64,000 nt of DNA, from positions 4,070-68,069 of the forward strand of contig JADFXB010000005.1 in assembly GCA_015233935.1 (NCBI GenBank), given 5' to 3'. Made by a program: the position numbers and the translations under genes. Of this stretch, positions 38,217-46,176 are shown piece after piece (position 1 is the first letter of the stretch; each line of letters begins with the position of its first letter). The notes below the pieces were generated by a model. It searched no databases and was not told where the DNA came from. It worked only from the letters and a program-made list of their open reading frames with translations. This DNA comes from Magnetococcales bacterium. GTDB taxonomy: Bacteria > Pseudomonadota > Magnetococcia > Magnetococcales > JADFXB01.

Positions 38217-38412
38217 TGTGGAAGGAGGCGTGTCCAAAGGATGATTCTCTCGAAGGATTGACGGGGCAAGAGGATATGGGCTGGTGACCCCATGTCACCC
38301 AACCACAATACTGTATGAAACCAACCAATCCGCCATGCTTGATCCAAAAAGGAGCAGGCGGACATTCGACTCTTATAAGGATGCTGTTCCGGTGAAAAGG
38401 TGCGCCAAATTT

Positions 38413-38434
38413 CTGTTGTTGCCCTGTTGTTGCC
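38413..38434. repeat. Perfect 11-nt tandem duplication in the rho upstream region
   Basis: CTGTTGTTGCC occurs at 38413-38423 and again at 38424-38434. Confidence 0.9.
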
Positions 38435-38575
38435 CGATTGATTCTGGATTGGGATAACAGCGACGCGGTTGCTACAGGGGAATCAGCGATGGATGCCTTG
38501 CGGGCGAGTGGGCATAAGCTAAATCAGGCTTTGCCTCAATGTCAAACAGAAAAAAGGAGTAAGGCAGGAATTTTT

Positions 38576-39226
38576 TCATCTTTCCTGAATTGGTGTCTCC
38601 ATAAGGGTCTTCCAGGCTTGGGGCCAGCAGCGGGCGGGCTGGGCCAGGAGCCAGGGCCACAACCCTTCCACGGCTTGCTGAGTTTCTAATAAAGAACTGC
38701 TATTGTCAATAATCCGGTCTGCCAATTGCTTTTTATCATTTTCAGATAACTGACGTGCCAGCATGCGCTCTTTGACCCAGGCGGGTTGACCGTGGGGACG
38801 GTTGGCCAGCCGCTCTTCTTGTTGACAGCCACACACCACGGCTAAAGTGACATCACAACGATGGTGGGCACCGGTTTCAAACAGCAGGGGAATTTCCAGG
38901 ACCACCAGCGAATCCGTCGGCTGGCGGGCCAGAAAGGTGGCTTGCAACCTTTGCACCTGGGGGTGGATGATGGCTTCCAGATCGGTTAAGGCGGATTCGT
39001 GGGCGAAGGCCAGTTTGGCCAGGGTGGGACGGTGAATGTGTCCATGTTCATCCACCACTTGTTGACCAAAGCGTTCCACCACCTGTTGAAAGCCGGGGGT
39101 GGCCGGGGCGATGGCCTGGCGTGCCAGTTGGTCGGCATCGCAGAGGATGGCTCCTTGTTGGGCCAAAAGGCGACTGACGGTACTTTTGCCGCACCCCATA
39201 ACCCCGGTGATACCCACAATCAACAT
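38576..39226 (-). CDS. coaE: Dephospho-CoA kinase
   Basis: MLIVGITGVMGCGKSTVSRLLAQQGAILCDADQLARQ. The start at 39226 is 7 nt after the pilD stop. Confidence 0.9.
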   Translation of the reverse strand: MLIVGITGVMGCGKSTVSRLLAQQGAILCDADQLARQAIAPATPGFQQVVERFGQQVVDEHGHIHRPTLAKLAFAHESALTDLEAIIHPQVQRLQATFLARQPTDSLVVLEIPLLFETGAHHRCDVTLAVVCGCQQEERLANRPHGQPAWVKERMLARQLSENDKKQLADRIIDNSSSLLETQQAVEGLWPWLLAQPARCWPQAWKTLMETPIQER

Positions 39227-39233
39227 GACACCC

Positions 39234-40043
39234 TCACGCCAGGGGACGGAACAGGTTGAAATACCAGTGGTAGACTTGGGGTCCCACAAAGATATAGACC
39301 CAACTGCTGATGGTCAGATAGGGACCGAAGGGAATGGGCAGATGGCGATCCCGTCCCCAGATTAAAATCCAGGTGACACCTACAATGGACCCCAACAGAG
39401 AGGCGGCGAACAGGGTGAAGGGCAGGGCCTGCCAACCCATCCAGGCTCCGATGAGGGCCAGGAGTTTCACATCTCCCATACCCATGCCCTCCCGCCCGGT
39501 GAAACGTTCAAACAGCCAGGCAAACGACCACAAGCCACCGCCACCGATCAGGGCACCCAACCAGGCATCGGTGGGGGCGGGAAAGGGTTTGCCCAGCAGG
39601 GGCAGGCCAAAGTAGGCAGGGGTGGCAAACAGTAGCCCAATGGCGATACCGGGCTTGGTGATCACATCGGGCAGGATATAGTGGAAGAGATCGATGACGG
39701 TGAGAACGATAAAGGCAAATCCCAAAACGACCAAGGCCAGGGCTTCCCAGGTGAGGCCGAAGCGCAGATAAAGATGCAGGGCCAGGAGGGCAGCGGACAA
39801 TTCCACCAGGGGATATTGCAGGGAGATGCCTTGTTTGCAATGACGACAGCGACCCCGCAGGGCAAGCCAGCTTAAGAGGGGAATATTATCCCACCAGTGG
39901 ATGGCCTGGTTGCAGTGGGGGCAGTGGGAGGGGGTGAACACCACCTCCTCTTCCAGGGGCAGTCGGTGGATGCACACATTGAGAAAACTGCCCACCATGG
40001 CCCCGACGATAAAGACGATGATTTCATTGTAAAGGTGCAGCAT
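39234..40043 (-). CDS. pilD: Type IV prepilin peptidase / N-methyltransferase (A24 family)
   Basis: GSFLNVCIHRLP, Cys cluster CPHCNQ...CRHC and catalytic GMGDVKLLA. I prefer the ATG 40043 start over 40085. Confidence 0.9.
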   Translation of the reverse strand: MLHLYNEIIVFIVGAMVGSFLNVCIHRLPLEEEVVFTPSHCPHCNQAIHWWDNIPLLSWLALRGRCRHCKQGISLQYPLVELSAALLALHLYLRFGLTWEALALVVLGFAFIVLTVIDLFHYILPDVITKPGIAIGLLFATPAYFGLPLLGKPFPAPTDAWLGALIGGGGLWSFAWLFERFTGREGMGMGDVKLLALIGAWMGWQALPFTLFAASLLGSIVGVTWILIWGRDRHLPIPFGPYLTISSWVYIFVGPQVYHWYFNLFRPLA

Positions 40044-40845
40044 GGGCTTTTTCCTCATCTGGCCAGGGCCACAGGGCCAGGGCATCCTTGGCCAGGGATT
40101 TTCGTAAGGGGGCGTCCTCTGCCTGTCTCATGAGAAGTTGCACGGCAAAGGCCACCTGTTTTCCGGCACGTTCGGCCCACCCCACATACCAGCCCACCAT
40201 GGGTTTGGCATCCATGGCCCAGCCGGTTTTGGCAAAGATGACACCGTTTTTTATCTCTTCCTGGGGCATGAGGCGGTGCACCTGTTCCAGGGTGGTGGGG
40301 GTGAAAGGCAGTTGTTTGCTGGCCAATTGGGCCATCAGGTGGGCCTGTTCCAAGGGAGAAATGGCCACAGGTCCATCCAGCCAAAACCGATCCACCACTG
40401 TACCCATGGCACCGTTCCCGTAGGAAATTTTGGTCAGTCCGTCGGCCATGCGAGCTGGTCCCAGGCGGCGGGCGATTTGTTGGAAGACGGGCACGGCGGA
40501 GACGGCCATGGCTTCTTTTAGAGTTAACTCTTTTTCCCAGGTTTTGAAGGGATAATTTTTTCCATCCCAGGGGAAAGATTCATCCTTCCGCACCACACCG
40601 GCTTCCAGGGCGAAGAGGGCGTTGACCACCTTGAAGGTGGAGGCTGGCAGGTGGCGTTGCTGGCACAGTTGCGGGTCGGAAACCCGTACTGTATCCCCAT
40701 TCACTTCCTGTAGCACCAGACACCCGGTCAGCCCGGACTGTTGGAGCAGGTGGTTTAAGGCGGTATCCTGTTGGGTAGCGGCCTGGCACAGGGAAAGGGT
40801 GCCAAAGGCAAGGCCCATCATCCAGCCCAGAAAGGGGAAGTTCAT
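40024..40845 (-). CDS. Class D (OXA-type) beta-lactamase homologue
   Basis: A signal peptide is followed by the motifs STFK, SAV, YGN and KTGW in canonical order; 273 aa. The 3' end overlaps the pilD start by about 20 nt. Confidence 0.8.
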   Translation of the reverse strand: MNFPFLGWMMGLAFGTLSLCQAATQQDTALNHLLQQSGLTGCLVLQEVNGDTVRVSDPQLCQQRHLPASTFKVVNALFALEAGVVRKDESFPWDGKNYPFKTWEKELTLKEAMAVSAVPVFQQIARRLGPARMADGLTKISYGNGAMGTVVDRFWLDGPVAISPLEQAHLMAQLASKQLPFTPTTLEQVHRLMPQEEIKNGVIFAKTGWAMDAKPMVGWYVGWAERAGKQVAFAVQLLMRQAEDAPLRKSLAKDALALWPWPDEEKAHAAPLQ

Positions 40846-41211
40846 ACCATAAACCTTTGGGATCGGGTTTTGCCGGGAACCACATTGCAGAAGATCCTAG
40901 GTCAATTTCCCCCATCTTGACAAGGGTGGGATAGAAGCGTTGTGAATACTCTTTTTTCACTCATCTTACAGGCAGAAATGGCCGATGAATAAACCAACCA
41001 CCCAGTAAGGTGCACTATTTACCGGGTGGTTGCCGGGTAAGGCGGCAAGAATTGCCTTACCAGATTTGCAAAGTGTGGCGCAGGGCTGGTCTAGCAATAA
41101 AACAAAGTTGGCATGGAAGCTGCTTAACTCATCAGCAGGTAGGCAAGTCCAACCAAGGTGAATCTCTTCCATGTGTTGTGTTGGGGGTGGATTTTCCCCA
41201 GGAGAAATACC

Positions 41212-42234
41212 ATGGGCATCATGATTAACCAAGAAAATCGTTTAAAATGCCAAGAATTTAATTCGCTGTTGGCAGTAACGCCAACCAACCTTATCCAAGA
41301 ACTTATTCGTTATCGTCAAAATAACGAGAGACTGGGCAGGCTGCACGATCTGCATCGGCGGTTGAGTGAAAAACTGGATTTGGCGTCCATGGTGGATGCT
41401 ATTTCGGTTTGGTTGTCTGACCAGTGTGCCCATGAGGTGGTGGCTTATCGTCATGGTGGTCGGTGCCGCAGCACCATTTCTTGTTCCTGTCATGGTCCGG
41501 AGCGTCGATTTTTCCTGGAGGAGAGCCAGCGTCTTTTGCAGGAGGCCAAGGGGTTGAGTCATCATGGCCCGTTGGGGGAAGAATTTGTTTATCATCATTT
41601 TGATTTAGGTGGGGGCGAGGAGTCGTTATTGATTCTTTGTCGTCAGCAGGAGTCGCAGCAAAAGGTTTGTCATGCCTTGCAAGAGGTATTGGGTGAGTTG
41701 CGGGGACCGTTGGATCGGGCGTTGGCTTATGAGGATCTTTATGATCAGGCGCGTCGTGATTCTTTGACGGGATTGGCCAATCGGCGGGTTTTTGAAGAGA
41801 CTGCCAGTCGGGAGATGGCCAACGCCTTTCGCTATCATTTTCCGTTGACCTTGGCGGTGTTGGATTTGGATCATTTCAAGGCGGTCAACGATTATTTGGG
41901 TCATGCCACGGGGGACAGTGTGTTGCAGCAGGTGGCCCAGGTGATGCGGGAGGCGGTACGGGATTCGGATCATCTGGCCCGGGTGGGAGGGGATGAATTT
42001 GTTCTGCTGATGCCCAACACCCGTGAGGAGGATGCTGTTTTGTTATGTCAGAGATTGTGCAGTCTGGTCGCCAATCTGCACATTCAGGCCCCTGGCGCGC
42101 CGCCGTTGGGGGTGAGCATTGGACTCTCCCGCTGGCATGAGGGAGATGGGATGGTGGACTGGCTGGAAAGGGCGGACGCCGCCCTCTATCGGGCCAAATC
42201 CCAAGGTCGTCGCCAAGCGGTGATTGGTTCTTGA
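41212..42234 (+). CDS. GGDEF-domain diguanylate cyclase with uncharacterised N-terminal domain
   Basis: RDSLTGLANRR...LDLDHFKAVND...RVGGDEFVLLM. ATG 41212 has AGGAGA upstream. Confidence 0.88.
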   Translation: MGIMINQENRLKCQEFNSLLAVTPTNLIQELIRYRQNNERLGRLHDLHRRLSEKLDLASMVDAISVWLSDQCAHEVVAYRHGGRCRSTISCSCHGPERRFFLEESQRLLQEAKGLSHHGPLGEEFVYHHFDLGGGEESLLILCRQQESQQKVCHALQEVLGELRGPLDRALAYEDLYDQARRDSLTGLANRRVFEETASREMANAFRYHFPLTLAVLDLDHFKAVNDYLGHATGDSVLQQVAQVMREAVRDSDHLARVGGDEFVLLMPNTREEDAVLLCQRLCSLVANLHIQAPGAPPLGVSIGLSRWHEGDGMVDWLERADAALYRAKSQGRRQAVIGS

Positions 42235-42270
42235 TGAGTTCTTGATGGGACGCTGAGCGCACGTCCCCAT

Positions 42271-42296
42271 ACCGGCCCTCGTGGCCGGTTTTTTTT
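42271..42296 (+). terminator. Rho-independent terminator of the GGDEF gene
   Basis: ACCGGCC (42271-42277) / GGCCGGT (42283-42289) followed by a T8 run. A second hairpin, GGGACG/CGTCCC, lies at 42247-42267. Confidence 0.8.
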
Positions 42297-42378
42297 GGCG
42301 ATTTTTCTGACGGAATTTATGGCAGCCAAAACCCGATATTTTTTTATTGGAGTAGCTGCGGGGGCGATGAAATTCTAG

Positions 42379-42643
42379 TCATGCCTTACGCAAATTTTGG
42401 AAAAACTCCCCTACAGAAACCACCTCTCCCCGTTCAATTTCCTGGTTGCCCAAGGCCAGGATTTTTAAGAGTGCCAAGGTTTCTTGGGTTTGTTCATAGG
42501 TGTCAATATCCTGCAACACCGCTTTGGCCTCACCGTGGAGAGTTAGGATGACGGGCTCATTCCCTTCAGCCAAACCTCGAATAATCTCAGGGGCATGTGC
42601 TTTTTAAATAGCTGACGGGTTTGACCCTTGTGGACAGTTTCAA
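42379..42643 (-). pseudogene. Phd/YefM-family antitoxin gene interrupted by a +1 frameshift in an A5 run; no toxin partner
   Basis: TTG 42643 (AGGAG 8 nt upstream) opens MKLSTRVKPVSYLKSTCP*. The downstream frame reads ...APEIIRGLAEGNEPVILTLHGEAKAVLQDIDTYEQTQETLALLKILALGNQEI.... Removing one A from the run at 42601-42605 fuses the two frames into SYLKAHAPEIIRG.... Confidence 0.7.
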
Positions 42644-42924
42644 GGTCGGTTCTCCTTTGCAGGCCAGGATAAAGCCTTTTATTGGTCCAGGCAAGACGGA
42701 TGCAATTGGGAGAGACACCTGGGGTTGCATGCACCTTCACCCATCTTTGACAATCGAATAAAAAAACGTATTTGAAACCAATAATAGGGTAACGTGATGG
42801 TCTGGTCCTTTTACCAGCCCATGGGTATCTTGGTGAAGGGGGAGAATTTTGAAACCGATGGTAGCCAGTAATCCCTGCTTGCGCCCAAGTTATGGCAATA
42901 CGGGATGATGACCTAAATCCTCGC

Positions 42925-45822
42925 TTACTTTGCGCTTTCACTGTGGCGGGGGGTGCGGGCGTTTTGGCTTACGATTCGGAGAAAATCCGCTTTCCGTATG
43001 GGCTTGGTGAGGCTTAAATCACACCCGGCCTTTTCCATGAGTTCCTGGGTTTCCCGCATGGCGTGGGCAGAGAGGGCGATGATGGGCGTTCTGAATCGGT
43101 TTCGCTCCCTTTCCAGAGCACGCATCCGCCGGGTGGCCTCGTAGCCGTCCATCATCGGCATTTGAATGTCCATGAATACCAGGTCGAAGGGGTGTTCCGT
43201 GAACAGTTCCAACCCCTGGAGACCATCCACCGCCGAGGTAAGGCGATGGGGGGTGGATTTCAGAAAATGATGCAGCATGATGCGGTTGTCCTCTGAATCA
43301 TCCACCAACAAGACATGCAAAGGCCGCTCTTCCCCCTGTTGCCCCTCCAAAGCAACATTTTTCACCAACGTTTTCTCATTGGAACGGGGAAGACGGGCAG
43401 TAAAGGTAAAACAACTTCCATGTCCAGGAGAGCTTTCCACCTGGATTTTACCACCCATGCGAGTAATAAGCTTCTGACAAATGGTAAGCCCCAACCCGGT
43501 GCCCCCATAGCGGCGGGTCACAGAGGCATCGGCTTGGTGAAACGGAAGAAATATGGCTCCCAACTTGTCTTGCGGAATGCCAATGCCCGTATCAATAACC
43601 TGAAACCGCAAAAAATCCTCTTCCCCATTTTCCACCGTTACCAGGACATGGCCCTGTTCCGTAAACTTGATGGCGTTACTTGTCAGATTGAGAAGAACCT
43701 GGCGTAAACGCGCTCTGTCTCCCACCACCAGGTTCGGGAGGTCTGGAGAGAGTTGCTGGAGCAGTTGCAGTCCCTTTTCCTGGGCCTGAAGTTTGAGAAT
43801 ATCCAGGGTCTCCTCCACCAGTTCATGCAGGGTGAAGGTGTGTGATTCCAGGTTCATCTGCCCTGCTTCAATCTTGGAAAGGTCCAGGATATCGTTGATG
43901 ATGGCAAGCAAGGCTTGGCCTGACCGATAGGTGGTATTCAGGAAGGAACTCTGTTCCAGATTCAGATGGGTCTCCCGCAGCAATTCGCTCATCCCCAGAA
44001 TGGTGTTAAGGGGGGTGCGAATTTCGTGGCTCATGGTGGCAAGGAAGGCACTTTTGGCCTCCGCATTGGCGTCCGAAGCCTTTTTGGCCAAGCGCAGCTC
44101 ATTCTCCATAATCTTGCGGTGGGTGATGTCCCGATAGAACCAAATGCGTCCCCAATAGGTTCCCTCTTCGTCTTGCACACCCCGACTGTGACGGACAAAA
44201 ACCCTGCCATCCCGCAAAGCCACTTCAGCGTTTTCCTCGCTCTCCTCCAGGTTGGCATAAAGTTCCAGGATGCGCTGGGTAAAGCCATCTCCGTCTACAA
44301 CAAGTGACAGGGCTACCTGAATGGCATGATCCGGGTTGCCAGTTTCCATCACTTCATTGGGAACGCACCACATTTTAATGAACTGATTGTTCCAGGAGAT
44401 CATGTGGCCTTGTTTATCGGCCAGGTAGATGCCATCCGGGGAGGTGGCCTGTTGGGTGGAGAGGACCGCATTGGTGGCCATGAGCTGCCGATTGGCCAAG
44501 CTGAGTGCTGCTGTGCGTTCTTGAACCTTGTCTTCCAATTTTTGGTGGGCTTGCAGAAGGGAGATTTCCGCTTGCTTGCGGTCGGTGATATCCACGCCCA
44601 TTTCCAGGACCAGTAAGTCACCATTGCTGTCATGGAAGGGATGATCATGGATCAGAAATGTGCGGCCATCCATGTCGGTCCATTCCCATTCCTGATGTTT
44701 TTGGGTGGAAAAAACCTGGAAGGTTTGGCAGTTGGTACAGGGAGATTGACGTCCCCAGATTACTTCGTAACAGGGACGCCCTTTGTGTTCTCCGAACAGG
44801 GCGGTGAATCGACGATTTGCAAAGCGTATTGTGTAGTCCGGTGCTTGCAGATGAACAAAGGCTGGAATCAGTTCCAAAAGATTAAACAGTCGGTTACGCT
44901 CCTTCTGTGTGGTATGCAGATGCATTCCCAAAAGACCTGTAATGGTCAGGCCGCTTAGGAGCACCAGCCAGGGAATGAACAGCATGCCGGATGGGTGGGG
45001 GAAGATTGGGGTCAACACGGCCTCCAATCGCCACCGTTTATCCAGCAGTTGAATTTCCCGCTGCTGGTTGGGAACTCCTTCGGTTATGGCCCTTTCGTGG
45101 GCTTGCCGCCGCTCTTTGGGGGTGCCGCCCATGCGGCTGGGGTGAAAGTAAATTTCTTTGGGCGAACCAGGATGGGATACGTCGTGGATCAGAAAATCGA
45201 TACCGCCAGGTTGCAGGGAGGAGATCATGGTTTCAGCAAAACGGGCCATGTTCAGTCCTGCCACCACTGTGCCGACTACTTTTTTCTCCTTTTCATCCTG
45301 CCGGACCACTGGGTGGAGTGCCCAGACCATGGGGATGGGATTGGATTGGTTCTCATGCATTACCAGGTCGCTCAATGTGGCCTGTTTTTTGACAGTGGAT
45401 TGGGCAAGGCTTTCGGATAGTTCCTTGAGTTCCACAGGGGTATGGGTATCAAACAACCTGCCAAGGAGTTTGGCATCTGGATGCGGGGGAATCCAGTCCA
45501 GGGCGTGCAGGGAGGGCTGATTCTTTTTCAACGAAAGGATGATGGCACGCAGGTCGTCTTGTGACGGCAACACCGGCATGGTTTGCAGCATGGCGGCCAG
45601 GTTTTGTTCCGGCAGCAGCAGTTTTTCAAAACCATGTTCCAAAACCTCAAAGCGGTCTTCCGAGTACCTTTTAAACTGGCTGAAAAGTTGTTCCTGGAAG
45701 AGATCCTTGACCATAAGAAAAAGATAGAAAGAGAGCACAATGCCAATTAGTACGACGCTCAAAGGGGATTCCAGGCGGGATCGAGGCTTTCCAATGTCTT
45801 GTCTTAGTGGTTGACCGGACAT
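42925..45822 (-). CDS. Hybrid sensor histidine kinase (periplasmic sensor, 2 PAS, HisKA, HATPase, REC)
   Basis: H-box SHEIRTPLN, N-box LNLTSNAIKFT, G1 DTGIGI, G2 GGTGLGLTI and REC DLVFMDIQMPMMDG; two TM segments flank a region of about 250 aa. Confidence 0.92.
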   Translation of the reverse strand: MSGQPLRQDIGKPRSRLESPLSVVLIGIVLSFYLFLMVKDLFQEQLFSQFKRYSEDRFEVLEHGFEKLLLPEQNLAAMLQTMPVLPSQDDLRAIILSLKKNQPSLHALDWIPPHPDAKLLGRLFDTHTPVELKELSESLAQSTVKKQATLSDLVMHENQSNPIPMVWALHPVVRQDEKEKKVVGTVVAGLNMARFAETMISSLQPGGIDFLIHDVSHPGSPKEIYFHPSRMGGTPKERRQAHERAITEGVPNQQREIQLLDKRWRLEAVLTPIFPHPSGMLFIPWLVLLSGLTITGLLGMHLHTTQKERNRLFNLLELIPAFVHLQAPDYTIRFANRRFTALFGEHKGRPCYEVIWGRQSPCTNCQTFQVFSTQKHQEWEWTDMDGRTFLIHDHPFHDSNGDLLVLEMGVDITDRKQAEISLLQAHQKLEDKVQERTAALSLANRQLMATNAVLSTQQATSPDGIYLADKQGHMISWNNQFIKMWCVPNEVMETGNPDHAIQVALSLVVDGDGFTQRILELYANLEESEENAEVALRDGRVFVRHSRGVQDEEGTYWGRIWFYRDITHRKIMENELRLAKKASDANAEAKSAFLATMSHEIRTPLNTILGMSELLRETHLNLEQSSFLNTTYRSGQALLAIINDILDLSKIEAGQMNLESHTFTLHELVEETLDILKLQAQEKGLQLLQQLSPDLPNLVVGDRARLRQVLLNLTSNAIKFTEQGHVLVTVENGEEDFLRFQVIDTGIGIPQDKLGAIFLPFHQADASVTRRYGGTGLGLTICQKLITRMGGKIQVESSPGHGSCFTFTARLPRSNEKTLVKNVALEGQQGEERPLHVLLVDDSEDNRIMLHHFLKSTPHRLTSAVDGLQGLELFTEHPFDLVFMDIQMPMMDGYEATRRMRALERERNRFRTPIIALSAHAMRETQELMEKAGCDLSLTKPIRKADFLRIVSQNARTPRHSESAK

Positions 45823-46176
45823 GAGGCAATCCTTTTACAATAAGTCTGTAACTCAATAAATTACCAGCTAAAGTCAGTAGGTTACCAATGCCACATATAG
45901 GAACAGATAAGTCACAAGCCATATGAACCAAAACAAGTCACAAAATTCAATTAATCGATAAAACCAGTATGCCTTGTCTAACTTAAGTGACCACACCCGT
46001 TTGGTTGGTGGGAGGAGAAAGGCATAGAAATGGTGTCTTCACTCTACCATGGCTATCACTCATCTTGCGAGAGAATAAAGCAATGGCGTTTGGTTCTTAC
46101 CTGGGAATTCCCCCGTTGGAACTCCTGGTTGCGCGAGCCAGACTTGTTATGAGAGTCACGGTTTTCTTGGGTTTGC

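Noticed and set aside
36933-38261. 442-aa ORF on the plus strand
   Set aside because: It is entirely antisense to rho, which is unambiguous. The translation has no recognisable motifs and the Gly/Ala/Arg-biased composition typical of shadow ORFs in GC-rich DNA.
38438-38689. 83-aa plus-strand ORF between rho and coaE
   Set aside because: It overlaps the 3' end of coaE on the opposite strand and lies in the presumed rho leader. It has no RBS or motif.
42235-42378. Search for a RelE/ParE-type toxin downstream of the antitoxin
   Set aside because: Only about 140 nt are available and they are occupied by the two hairpins and T8 terminator of the convergent GGDEF gene. The translated frames show no toxin-like sequence I can recognise.
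42543-42941. 132-aa minus-strand ORF spanning the antitoxin upstream region
   Set aside because: It reads through the antitoxin RBS and start in a different frame and overlaps the end of the hybrid kinase gene. Its composition (Arg/Pro/Trp-rich) looks non-coding.
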